This document shows positions 9,633 to 19,495 of a stretch of DNA of 61,171 nucleotides, one piece after another (the first letter of the stretch is position 1; the number at the start of each line of letters is the position of its first letter). The DNA is from Deltaproteobacteria bacterium (lineage in GTDB: Bacteria; Myxococcota_A; Polyangia; Polyangiales; Houyiibacteriaceae), in contig JAFDAJ010000025.1 in assembly GCA_019313915.1 (NCBI GenBank), positions 1-61,171 of the forward strand, given 5' to 3'. Position numbers and translations under genes: made by a program. The notes beneath the pieces were generated by a model. It did no database searches, was not told where the DNA came from, and saw nothing but the letters and a program-made list of their open reading frames with translations.

Positions 9633-9863
9633 CTACGGGTGAATTTCAGGGGCGCCATCCATCTCGCGGATCTTGCGGCGAAGCCACCAGATGAAGCCGC
9701 CTATCATCATGAGAGGCACGATCGTCAAGAAGACCGTTGTGTCGACGAACGCCTGCCGGTTCTCCTCGAGCGGCGATGCGCACGACGGACACGCATAGGC
9801 CAAGTCGGCTGCCCAGGTTACAGCGACCACGGCGGCTGCGAGAGCCACTCGAGCCAAACGCAT
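9633..9863 (-). CDS. Small exported/membrane protein with CPSC motif (76 aa), last gene of the oxidase operon
   Basis: ATG overlaps the upstream stop (TGATG); signal peptide AYA|CPSC, one C-terminal TM helix. Confidence 0.75.
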   Translation of the reverse strand: MRLARVALAAAVVAVTWAADLAYACPSCASPLEENRQAFVDTTVFLTIVPLMMIGGFIWWLRRKIREMDGAPEIHP

Positions 9864-10453
9864 CACAGGTAGACCTGCCAGTAGAGAATGGGCCAAACAC
9901 CCACGACGAAGTACCAGAAGACCTGCGCCGGCCAGAACGTGAAGCGATCCAGGTCGTCGTGCAGCAGCTTGCGGTATGTGTAGAGCAGGATGATGAACCC
10001 GGCAACGACGTGAAGTGCGTGGGTTCCCACTAGGAGATAGAAGAAGCCACCCAACTGCCCTGAAGTAACCGTCAGACCCTCGCCGATGAGCGCGACCCAC
10101 TCAGCGCCCTGAAACACGACGAAGAAGCCACCGAGGACGATCGAAATCAACAAGAGCCGCTTGGTCTTGGCGTCCCCACGCTTGAAAGCCCGATTGGCAA
10201 AGTACAGCGCGACGCCGCTCGCGAGCAGAGCCGCCGTATTGAGGGCTGTCTCCTCGACCGGCAGACGCGGTTGTCCGGGCGGAGGCCAGCCTCCAATGGC
10301 GTTGCTCTTGCCGATGACGAAGGCGCTGATCAGGCCGGAGAAGAACATGATCTCCGTGGCCACGAAGATCAGCATACCGAGCACACCGTTCGGGAGGACT
10401 GGCTCGCGCCTGGCGGGCACGCTGTAAGGGAGACCTAGTGCATCATCAGGCAT
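9863..10453 (-). CDS. Heme-copper oxidase subunit III family protein (second copy)
   Basis: GMLIFVATEIMFFSGL, NTAALLASG, GTHALHV, FWYFV. Confidence 0.9.
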   Translation of the reverse strand: MPDDALGLPYSVPARREPVLPNGVLGMLIFVATEIMFFSGLISAFVIGKSNAIGGWPPPGQPRLPVEETALNTAALLASGVALYFANRAFKRGDAKTKRLLLISIVLGGFFVVFQGAEWVALIGEGLTVTSGQLGGFFYLLVGTHALHVVAGFIILLYTYRKLLHDDLDRFTFWPAQVFWYFVVGVWPILYWQVYL

Positions 10454-10471
10454 GGGCTATTCCTCCTTTCC

Positions 10472-10903
10472 TCAGTGCGCGGCGTCGTCGTGTCCCTCGG
10501 CGTGCTCGCCGTGTGGGTCCTTGCCCTCGGCCTCGAGCGCTCGCTCGACCTCGGCTGCGGCTGCGACGTTTTCCCAGTTCTGGCCCTTGTGCTCCATCAC
10601 ATCTGGGGCGGTACCTGCGAAAAACAGCAACATCAGCATCAACATCGTCGCCAGAAGATACGAGATGTACTTCTTTTCGACGTTGAGGTGCATGAAGTTC
10701 GCTGCAACCAGATACGCCTTGACGAGCGCTATGCCAAACGCGGTCATCAAGGTGATCATCCAGGCCTCGAGGAAGCCAAATGCCACGTGAGGCGCGATGA
10801 TCGGGCCTAGGACACTGAGAATGAGCAGCACGAGTAGAATCGCCCAGATCTTCACGTAGAAAGCCTGACCGTGGTCGCCTGCGTGGTCTTGATGTTCAGC
10901 CAT
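10472..10903 (-). CDS. Cytochrome c oxidase subunit IV family protein
   Basis: YVKIWAILLVL, ALVKAYLVAANFMHL. Confidence 0.88.
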   Translation of the reverse strand: MAEHQDHAGDHGQAFYVKIWAILLVLLILSVLGPIIAPHVAFGFLEAWMITLMTAFGIALVKAYLVAANFMHLNVEKKYISYLLATMLMLMLLFFAGTAPDVMEHKGQNWENVAAAAEVERALEAEGKDPHGEHAEGHDDAAH

Positions 10904-10915
10904 GATCGTCAGCCC

Positions 10916-11494
10916 TCACTTGGCGATGTAGAGCAGGGGGAAGAGGAAAATCCAGATGATGTCGACGAAGTGCCAGTAGATCCCGATCAACTCGACCCGG
11001 TGGAGCTCTTTGCCCTTCCGCGCGTCGTTGGCGATGATCAGCATGATGATGCAACCCGCAATGACGTGGAGCCCATGGAGCCCCGCAGCGGTGTAGTAGA
11101 AGTGCCAAAACCCGTTGGCGGTGATGGTGTAACCGTGCTGAATCTCGCCGGTCCATTCGACCGCCTTGACGCAGATGAAGACCAGGCCGCCGGCGCACGT
11201 GCCCAGCAGCCACTTGGCGGCCTTCTTGCCATCTCCTTGCTCGGCCGCGTGGTGCGCGAGCACTGCAAACAGCGATGAGGTCAGCAGCACGAACGTGTTG
11301 GTGGCGCCGAACCAGGTGTTGGTGTGCGAGGCGTACTCGGCCCACTCGGGGTGCCCTAGCCGGTGCATGACGTAGGAAGCGAGCAATCCGCCGAAAATCA
11401 CGATTTCCGAACCGATTACCCACCAAACGGCGAGCTTGCCGGTCGGGATGCCTGTGGCGCTTCTGGTAGTTGCTATGGGTCTAGTCGTGCTCAT
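10916..11494 (-). CDS. coxC: Cytochrome c oxidase subunit III
   Basis: From ATG 11494 (MSTTRP); WWVIGSEIVIFGGL, NTFVLLTSS, GLHGLHV, YWHFVDIIWIFLFPLLY. Confidence 0.92.
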   Translation of the reverse strand: MSTTRPIATTRSATGIPTGKLAVWWVIGSEIVIFGGLLASYVMHRLGHPEWAEYASHTNTWFGATNTFVLLTSSLFAVLAHHAAEQGDGKKAAKWLLGTCAGGLVFICVKAVEWTGEIQHGYTITANGFWHFYYTAAGLHGLHVIAGCIIMLIIANDARKGKELHRVELIGIYWHFVDIIWIFLFPLLYIAK

Positions 11495-11504
11495 CGGTGC
11501 CTCG

Positions 11505-13226
11505 TCATTCGGCGGGGGCTGTGTCCGGTGGGACGTCTTGCGGCCAGTAGTCCTCTTCGCGACCTGGCACGCTGTACTCGTAAGGACCTCGGTAGCAGTT
11601 GGGAAGCTCGGCCCAGTTGCCATGAGGCGGCGGCGAGGTCGTGGTCCATTCGAGGGTGTTCGCCTTCCACGGGTTCTTCCCGGCAGGCTTACCCTTGAAC
11701 ATACTGTAAAAGAAGTTGAACAGGAACACGGCCTGGAAGGCAAGCATCACCAAGAGGGCCGTCGTGGCGAACACGCGGAGGCCCTGCATGTCCGCTAGGT
11801 CTGGGAAGTTCTGATAGTTGTAGATTCGTCGGTGCTGACCCGCTGTGCCCAGGATGAACAGCGGAATGAAGATGCTGTTGAAGGCAGCGATCGTGCCCCA
11901 GAAGTGAATCTTCCCGAGGGTCTCGTTCATCATCCGTCCGAACATCTTCGGGAACCAATACGTGATCCCCGCCAAGAAGCCGATAATGGCGATTGGGAAG
12001 AACGTGTAGTGGAAGTGTGCGAGCACGAAGTACGTGTCGTGGAAATAGATGTCCGAGCCGCTCGCGCCGAGGAAGATGCCCGTGATGCCGCCAATCATGA
12101 ACTCAGCAATGAACGCCAGCGCCCAGAGCATCGGCGTGGTGAGCCGAATCGAGCCGCCATAGAGCGTCGCGATGTACAAGAAGATCATCTCAGCAATGGG
12201 AATCGAGATGATCAGCGTGGTGATCGTAAAGACGTTCGCCATACGCGGGTCGATGCCGGCGACGAACTGGTGGTGAGCCCACACGAAGAAGCTGATTATG
12301 GCCGTGGCGAATACCGTGTAGAGGATCAGCTTGTAGTTGAAGAGCTTCTTGCGCGAGAAGGTGCAGATGATCTCGGCCACGATGCCAATCGCAGGCAGGA
12401 ACACGACGTAGACCTCCGGGTGCCCGAAGAACCAGAAAAGGTGCTGCCACAGAATCGGGTCACCGCCGCGTCCGGGATCGAAATAGCCAGTGCCGACGAC
12501 CTGGTCCATGAAGAGCATCACGGCACCCGCAATGAGCGGACCGACGGACGCCATGAAGAGGACGCTGGCGACGACGATCATCCACAGCACCATCGGGATG
12601 TCGTACATCTTCATGCCGGGCGCGCGCGCGTTCATCAGCGTGGTGATGAAATTGATGCCACCGAGCAGGAAGGCCACGAACTCGAGCGCAACGGCGACGA
12701 GCCAAAGCGTCGAACCAAGCGGCGTGAGGCTGTACTCCGCGCTCGAGGAGAGAGGCGGATACGCGGTCCATGCGCCGCCAAAGCCGCCCCCGGGAACGAA
12801 CAGCGAGCCGATGAGCACGAGCGCACTGACCAGGAATATCTGATACGACAGCCGGTTGATGCGCGGGAACACCATGTCGTCAGCGCCTATCATCAACGGG
12901 ATCAGGTAGTTGCCGAACGCCGCGATCAACATGGGCATCGCCACCCAGAAGATCATGATCGTGCCGTGATTGGTGACCAGGGCGTTGTATTCACCCTGCG
13001 ACACGAGGCCATAACCCGGCACGCTTTGGCCCGGGAACGCCAGCTGCATTCGAAACGCATACGACATGTAGCCGCCGATCAGGGCCATCACGATGCCTGT
13101 GAACATGTACTGCATCGCGATCATCTTGTGATCGGTGGAGAAGATGTACTTGCTCCAGAAGCCCTGCTCGTGGTGTGCGTCGTGCGCGTGTGCGCCGTGT
13201 GTCTCTGCTGTGCCTGCTTCAGCCAT
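11505..13226 (-). CDS. coxA: Cytochrome c oxidase subunit I, A1-type motif, atypical K-channel
   Basis: STDHK, HGTIMIF, WFFGHPEVY, WAHH, HDTYFVLAHFHY, HRR; start ATG 13226. Confidence 0.97.
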   Translation of the reverse strand: MAEAGTAETHGAHAHDAHHEQGFWSKYIFSTDHKMIAMQYMFTGIVMALIGGYMSYAFRMQLAFPGQSVPGYGLVSQGEYNALVTNHGTIMIFWVAMPMLIAAFGNYLIPLMIGADDMVFPRINRLSYQIFLVSALVLIGSLFVPGGGFGGAWTAYPPLSSSAEYSLTPLGSTLWLVAVALEFVAFLLGGINFITTLMNARAPGMKMYDIPMVLWMIVVASVLFMASVGPLIAGAVMLFMDQVVGTGYFDPGRGGDPILWQHLFWFFGHPEVYVVFLPAIGIVAEIICTFSRKKLFNYKLILYTVFATAIISFFVWAHHQFVAGIDPRMANVFTITTLIISIPIAEMIFLYIATLYGGSIRLTTPMLWALAFIAEFMIGGITGIFLGASGSDIYFHDTYFVLAHFHYTFFPIAIIGFLAGITYWFPKMFGRMMNETLGKIHFWGTIAAFNSIFIPLFILGTAGQHRRIYNYQNFPDLADMQGLRVFATTALLVMLAFQAVFLFNFFYSMFKGKPAGKNPWKANTLEWTTTSPPPHGNWAELPNCYRGPYEYSVPGREEDYWPQDVPPDTAPAE

Positions 13227-13237
13227 GCCTATTCCGT

Positions 13238-13978
13238 TCAGCGGGAAGCGAGCTTGCCCGTGCTGCTCTGCGACATCCAAGCCGCGTGTTCTTCAGGGGT
13301 TTCGACGACGATGCGCGCGCCCATGATGCCGTGCCCAATCCCGCACATCTCAGCACACTGAATGTCGTACTCGCCGGCCCTCGTGGGCTTGAACCAACCC
13401 TTCATGATACGGCCCGGAATCGCGTCCTGCTTCAGACGGAACACCGGAACCGAGAAGTCGTGCAGGACGTCCTTGGAAAGGAGCTCGTAGTGGTAGGTCG
13501 TGCCCTCTTGGACGTGGAGTTCGTTGAACGTGATGATGTCGTCATCCGTGTCGAGCTCGTTGTCGGGACCGGGGTGAACGAAGTTCCATGCCCACTGCTG
13601 TGAGATGATGCGAATCGTGCTGTCCGCCTCGGGAAGACGTTGCTTGATGTTGTACCAAACCATGATCGCCATGAAGACGATGACCAAATCGCAGACGATG
13701 ATCGCCGCGTGCGGATAGGTAATCCATCGCTTGAGATTCTTCTCTTCACCCGTGACGTACTTCGCCTTCTTTCCCTTCTTCTCGCGGAAGCGGAAGATTA
13801 GGAAGAAAAACGCGGCATAGGCGAGAAGGGCCCAAAAGCCAACCATGACAGCGATGAGCGCAATGAGCGCATCGATGTCGCCGGCAAACGAAGAGCCCAC
13901 CGGCAAGGCTGAACCGACCAGGTAGTCACCCAGCGGCTCGAAGATTCCCTTGATGAAGTCGTAGATTCCTTGGAGCAT
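13238..13978 (-). CDS. coxB: Cytochrome c oxidase subunit II (CuA), no fused cytochrome c
   Basis: QWAW, DVLHDF, CAEMCGIGHGIM; two TM helices. Confidence 0.95.
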   Translation of the reverse strand: MLQGIYDFIKGIFEPLGDYLVGSALPVGSSFAGDIDALIALIAVMVGFWALLAYAAFFFLIFRFREKKGKKAKYVTGEEKNLKRWITYPHAAIIVCDLVIVFMAIMVWYNIKQRLPEADSTIRIISQQWAWNFVHPGPDNELDTDDDIITFNELHVQEGTTYHYELLSKDVLHDFSVPVFRLKQDAIPGRIMKGWFKPTRAGEYDIQCAEMCGIGHGIMGARIVVETPEEHAAWMSQSSTGKLASR

Positions 13979-13994
13979 TCGACCCTCTACCCAG

Positions 13995-14105
13995 TCAGTT
14001 CAGAATGAAAGCAAAGACGACACCGGCATAGACGAGAACGCTAATCATGGTCCACTTCCACCAAAAAAAGGCCTCGCTGTCGGGATCCCGTGTTTTACCA
14101 GCCAT
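13995..14105 (-). CDS. Small single-TM protein (36 aa) MAGKTRDPDSEAFFWWKWTMISVLVYAGVVFAFILN
   Basis: Manually translated; fills the gap in the operon; GAGGG RBS upstream. Confidence 0.7.
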   Translation of the reverse strand: MAGKTRDPDSEAFFWWKWTMISVLVYAGVVFAFILN

Positions 14106-14123
14106 CTCTCAAACCCTCGCAAA

Positions 14124-14780
14124 CTATTCAGATAACGTGCCAATGTAGGCGATGACGTCTTTCATCGCCTGTTCGGTGGGCAACGTCATGGAGAACGGTC
14201 GCATCTTCGCCCCCGTGATGTCGTCCGCATGTGTGCCTCGCACGCCGGCCTTGAAGTTCTGGAGCTGCGTGAGCAGGTACCAGTCGCTCGCGCCGGCCAA
14301 TGGCGGACCAAACTCATCGATGTTCCCGCGCGCGTCGGCTCCGTGGCATTGCACGCAGGTAGCAAAGTAGATCTTGCCCGTCTGGGGATTGCCGCCCTCG
14401 AGAGTGGGCGCTGGGTTCGTGCGCGGTAGACTGGCTACGTAGGCCGCAATGATGTCGACTTTCTCGTCCGTGTCCATCGTCATGGCCATCGGCAGCATTC
14501 GCTTGCCGGCCATGTCGTCCAGGTGCCAGCCGCGCTGGCTCTTCTTGAACTTACGGAGCTGTGCCTTGATGTACCAACGCTCGAGGCCACCAATCGCAGG
14601 CGCAGCGAGGTCTTGATTGCCTTCGCCGTTCTCGCCGTGACACTGCACGCAGCCGTCATAGAGGTCCACGCTATACTTCAGGCTGGCTTTGTCCGGGCTC
14701 GGGTCCTCGCACGCCGTCAGCAGAAACGACAGTGTCAACACGAGGCCCATCACCGCACCGGTGCGTACGTCGGTCATCAT
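14124..14780 (-). CDS. Diheme cytochrome c4-like lipoprotein
   Basis: Lipobox LTAC; two CVQCH motifs, internal repeat (YIKAQL/YLLTQL), Met ligands; AGGAG RBS before ATG 14780. Confidence 0.9.
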   Translation of the reverse strand: MMTDVRTGAVMGLVLTLSFLLTACEDPSPDKASLKYSVDLYDGCVQCHGENGEGNQDLAAPAIGGLERWYIKAQLRKFKKSQRGWHLDDMAGKRMLPMAMTMDTDEKVDIIAAYVASLPRTNPAPTLEGGNPQTGKIYFATCVQCHGADARGNIDEFGPPLAGASDWYLLTQLQNFKAGVRGTHADDITGAKMRPFSMTLPTEQAMKDVIAYIGTLSE

Positions 14781-14782
14781 CG

Positions 14783-15424
14783 TCACTCTCCTAGCGACTT
14801 AAGGTAGGCAATCAGTGCTTCTACCTCCTGCTCGGGGAAATTGTAAGGGGGCATCGTCTTGCCGTAGCCCTGAACGACTTGGTCCCAAGAGTTCTTGATC
14901 GAGTCGGCGAGGTACGCTTCGTCAGCGACGACCGTCTCGCCGCTGACCAAGAGGCGGTCCGTACCAAAGATACCCTTCCAGTTCGGACATGGCTGCTGCT
15001 TCTCTCCGTCGACCGAGTGACAGGCCATGCACCCCTTGCTGTTGCTGAGCTTCTGTCCCCAGCAAGCCATCGGGTCCGCAGCGCCTGTGCACTCGGGCGG
15101 CATCGTGACCTCACCAGGCGCCACCGGTGCCGCACCCTTGAACGACCAACCGTTCACCGCGGATTCGTCGTCGGAAGGCCGTGGGGCGAGAGCTGGAAAG
15201 TCCGCGCGCGGCTTTGCCGTGTACTCCGCCATCGCCTGCCCGATCGGAATCGTGCCGCCTTCGAGCGCCGCTTCTTGCTCCCTCAAAATGATATCGCGCT
15301 CGTCGTCGGGAGACGGCGCTCTTGCCGAGTCTGCTTGGCCGCAGCCCACCCCGAAAGCCATCAAGACCGTGAAGGCCACCAGGACTCGGAGGGGTGCAAA
15401 TCGTGTGTTCTGCTTCGTACTCAT
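14783..15424 (-). CDS. ActG-like lipoprotein fused to a monoheme cytochrome c
   Basis: Lipobox GVGC; IPIGQAM segment; CMACH..VVADEAYLADSI..VVQGY..MPPY. Confidence 0.8.
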   Translation of the reverse strand: MSTKQNTRFAPLRVLVAFTVLMAFGVGCGQADSARAPSPDDERDIILREQEAALEGGTIPIGQAMAEYTAKPRADFPALAPRPSDDESAVNGWSFKGAAPVAPGEVTMPPECTGAADPMACWGQKLSNSKGCMACHSVDGEKQQPCPNWKGIFGTDRLLVSGETVVADEAYLADSIKNSWDQVVQGYGKTMPPYNFPEQEVEALIAYLKSLGE

Positions 15425-15434
15425 CCGTGCACGC

Positions 15435-16814
15435 TCAGTATATTTGGTGGAGGTGAAGGCTCCGCTGAAGCCGTGGATCGCCGACGGGCAACAACGGGAC
15501 CCTCCCGAGCTGCCAAAAGACATACGCAAAGAAGACGCCGCCAACGAACAGCAACGCGCCTACGTCCGCAAGCTGAACCTGGAAGCCTCCCGCCTGCGGC
15601 ATGATGAACCAGTAGATGTCCACGATGTGCATGAAGATTACCCAGAAGCACATCACCTGGAGCCAACGAAGCGCCCGTTTCTGTACGCGCGAAATCAGCA
15701 GGAGGAAGGGCGCGACGAAGTGGCCGAAGACCAGCAGGTAAGAGACGAACATCCAGCCCCCCTCCCAGCGCTTGTGGAACCAAGTGGCCTCTTCTGGAAT
15801 GCCCGCGTACCAAATCAGCATCCACTGCGAGAACTGGACGTAGCTCCAGAAGCAGACGAAGCCAAACATGAGCCTGCTGAGATCGTGGAAGTGCTCGATG
15901 TTGATGGCGTCGCCGACCAGGCCACGCTTGTAGAGGCTCAGGCCGATGAGAATCGTCAGGGCCAGGATCGCTACGGCTGATCCTGCAAAGATGATCACAC
16001 CGAAGATCGTCGAGAACCACGCCGCCTCGAGCGACATCAGCCAATCGAACGCGGCAAAGGTGAGCGAGAGCGCAAAGAGGATCAGCGCCGGCGCTGCCAA
16101 TCTTTGCATCCGCAACGTATGCTTGGGGTCGCGATCGTCGTCCTGGCGCCTGGACCAGCCGAAGTACGCAAGGGCGATCAGGCACCAGATGATGAGGTAG
16201 CCGATGCCGCGAGCGGCCCAACCATTGGTGTTCAGGTATCCGGTCTTCTCGCTGATAATCTGGTGGTGGAGCGCAACTTCCTGCGACGTATGGGCATGCT
16301 CTTCTTCGTGGGCTGTCTCGTCGGCGCCGGCGTCGCTGCCGTGGTCTTGCGCATACGCGACGCTTGCGCCCATCTCCAACGTGCCGTGCTCGTCGGACGG
16401 AGAGTCTGACTCAGACGCGGAGTCCCCGTGATCGTCGCCGTGCTCGCCGTGGGCAGCAGCGCTCTGCCACTCGTCGTAGATGTTGATCTTACCGAGCGCC
16501 ACGCCCCCGATGAACGGAAGCGCCAACAGAGCGACGACTGGCGCACCGGACATGACAACCTCGACGATGCGTCGCGACGACACGCCCCAGTACGAAGCTG
16601 TCAGGAACTGAACCAGCACCAGGAAGAGTCCGCCGAGCATGAAGGTAGCCGTCGTGAATAGGCCGAACAGGTACGCGTAGCCCAGCCTGTCCGCGTCGGC
16701 GGTCAAGATCGCAACCAGGCCGCCGGCAATGGCAAGCACGAGAGGCGCGACCCAGGCGCGCGACCAGAAGGCGTCGTTTCCGACCCGATAATCCTTTTTG
16801 TTCGCTTCCGTCAC
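15435..16814 (-). CDS. actF: Alternative complex III subunit ActF
   Basis: GTG overlaps actE stop; AFDWLMSL..WFSTIFG, HFHDLSRLMFGF, FSQWMLIWYAGIPEE; His-rich insert. Confidence 0.9.
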   Translation of the reverse strand: MTEANKKDYRVGNDAFWSRAWVAPLVLAIAGGLVAILTADADRLGYAYLFGLFTTATFMLGGLFLVLVQFLTASYWGVSSRRIVEVVMSGAPVVALLALPFIGGVALGKINIYDEWQSAAAHGEHGDDHGDSASESDSPSDEHGTLEMGASVAYAQDHGSDAGADETAHEEEHAHTSQEVALHHQIISEKTGYLNTNGWAARGIGYLIIWCLIALAYFGWSRRQDDDRDPKHTLRMQRLAAPALILFALSLTFAAFDWLMSLEAAWFSTIFGVIIFAGSAVAILALTILIGLSLYKRGLVGDAINIEHFHDLSRLMFGFVCFWSYVQFSQWMLIWYAGIPEEATWFHKRWEGGWMFVSYLLVFGHFVAPFLLLISRVQKRALRWLQVMCFWVIFMHIVDIYWFIMPQAGGFQVQLADVGALLFVGGVFFAYVFWQLGRVPLLPVGDPRLQRSLHLHQIY

Positions 16815-17431
16815 TGGGGTTGCTCCGTGTTCCCGGCCACGCTTGCTGGTGCTTGACTCAGCTGCAGCGCGCGGACGTACTGAACGATGGCCCATCGGTC
16901 GTCGACAGGGAGGTTGTGGGCGTACGACGGCATGTTGCGCACGCCGTTGGTAATGGTCGCGAAAATCTGACCGTCGGGAACGTGGCGCAAGCGATCGTCG
17001 TGAAAGGTCGGAGCGACCATACCGGGTGCTCCCAACTGTGCCGCGCGACGCGACACCATGCCCTTGCCATCGCCAGAATAGGAATGGCAGGGAGCACAGA
17101 AAATGTCGTAACGATCCCGCCCGCGCTCGAGGAAGGCCCCGTTGCCGCCGTGCGCCGCGATGAGCCTAGGTGGCACTTCCAACACGTACCCTTCGTCTGC
17201 TGCGCGCCCAGTGGCCCACGTTAGCGAACGTTCCATCTCCCTCGAAACCGTTCCCTCGACCCCCGGCCGCATCGAGCGCTGGTCCGCAAAGAACGGCTGC
17301 CGCTCCTGCGTGTCGTACCGGGGCTGGTTGTACATGTTGCGGATGCCGACGACCGGCGGCTCGCCACTCTCGGCTCCGATGCATCCGGTGGCCAACGTCG
17401 CAAAAGCCAGTGTGATGAGAAGAGCCCGCAT
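16811..17431 (-). CDS. actE: Alternative complex III monoheme cytochrome c lipoprotein ActE
   Basis: Lipobox ATGC; MYNQPRY, FFADQRSMR, YDIFCAPCH, DRWAIVQYVRALQ. Confidence 0.92.
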   Translation of the reverse strand: MRALLITLAFATLATGCIGAESGEPPVVGIRNMYNQPRYDTQERQPFFADQRSMRPGVEGTVSREMERSLTWATGRAADEGYVLEVPPRLIAAHGGNGAFLERGRDRYDIFCAPCHSYSGDGKGMVSRRAAQLGAPGMVAPTFHDDRLRHVPDGQIFATITNGVRNMPSYAHNLPVDDRWAIVQYVRALQLSQAPASVAGNTEQPQ

Positions 17432-18009
17432 CACCGCACCTCCTCCTCGATGAGCTCGAGAGAGATCGGGTCGGTCGCCTCCAGAAGCGCCTTGGTGCCG
17501 TCGAGGTTGAACTTCTGGTCGCCTACTTCGATCGAGATGAAGAACCTGTCGTCCGATGCCGCTTCGAATCGCTCTGACTCGAAGATCGGGTGGTTGTGCC
17601 GTGGCAACTTGATGATAGCCAGCAAGCCAAAGAAGGTCGAAAGGCCGCACAGGAGAATGCCGAGCTCGAATATGATGGGCACCATCGAAGGGAACGCTCC
17701 GGGTGGCTTGCCACCAACGACGAGCGGATAGCCCGCGCCGATGTTCAGCAAGTTGAACGAGAACGCGTTCGTGTAGTTCATCATGAACACCGCGGTCGCG
17801 AGACCGATCATGCCGAAGATGAACGAGATGTAGCCGATTCGAGTCGGCTTGAGCCCCATTGCTTCGTCCATGCCGTGCATGGCGTACGGGGTGTGGCAGT
17901 CCCATTTCTGGTAGCCCGCGTCGCGCACCCTCATCGCGGCCCGCGCGATTGCATTCGGCGTACCGTATTCGGCCAGGTAAAGAGCAGGCTTTTTTGTTTC
18001 GTTAGCCAT
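17431..18009 (-). CDS. actD: Alternative complex III subunit ActD (DUF3341)
   Basis: DAGYQKWDCHTPYAMHGMDEAMG, YPLVVGGKP, PIIFELGIL, DDRFFISI. Confidence 0.92.
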   Translation of the reverse strand: MANETKKPALYLAEYGTPNAIARAAMRVRDAGYQKWDCHTPYAMHGMDEAMGLKPTRIGYISFIFGMIGLATAVFMMNYTNAFSFNLLNIGAGYPLVVGGKPPGAFPSMVPIIFELGILLCGLSTFFGLLAIIKLPRHNHPIFESERFEAASDDRFFISIEVGDQKFNLDGTKALLEATDPISLELIEEEVR

Positions 18010-18017
18010 GATTCGCC

Positions 18018-19489
<1,472 letters not shown>

Positions 19490-19495
19490 TGGTTC

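Noticed and set aside
11832-13361. Long antisense ORFs (e.g. 11832..13361, 18078..19184, 57257..58621)
   Set aside because: Shadow frames of well-supported genes, expected in high-GC DNA; no recognisable motifs.
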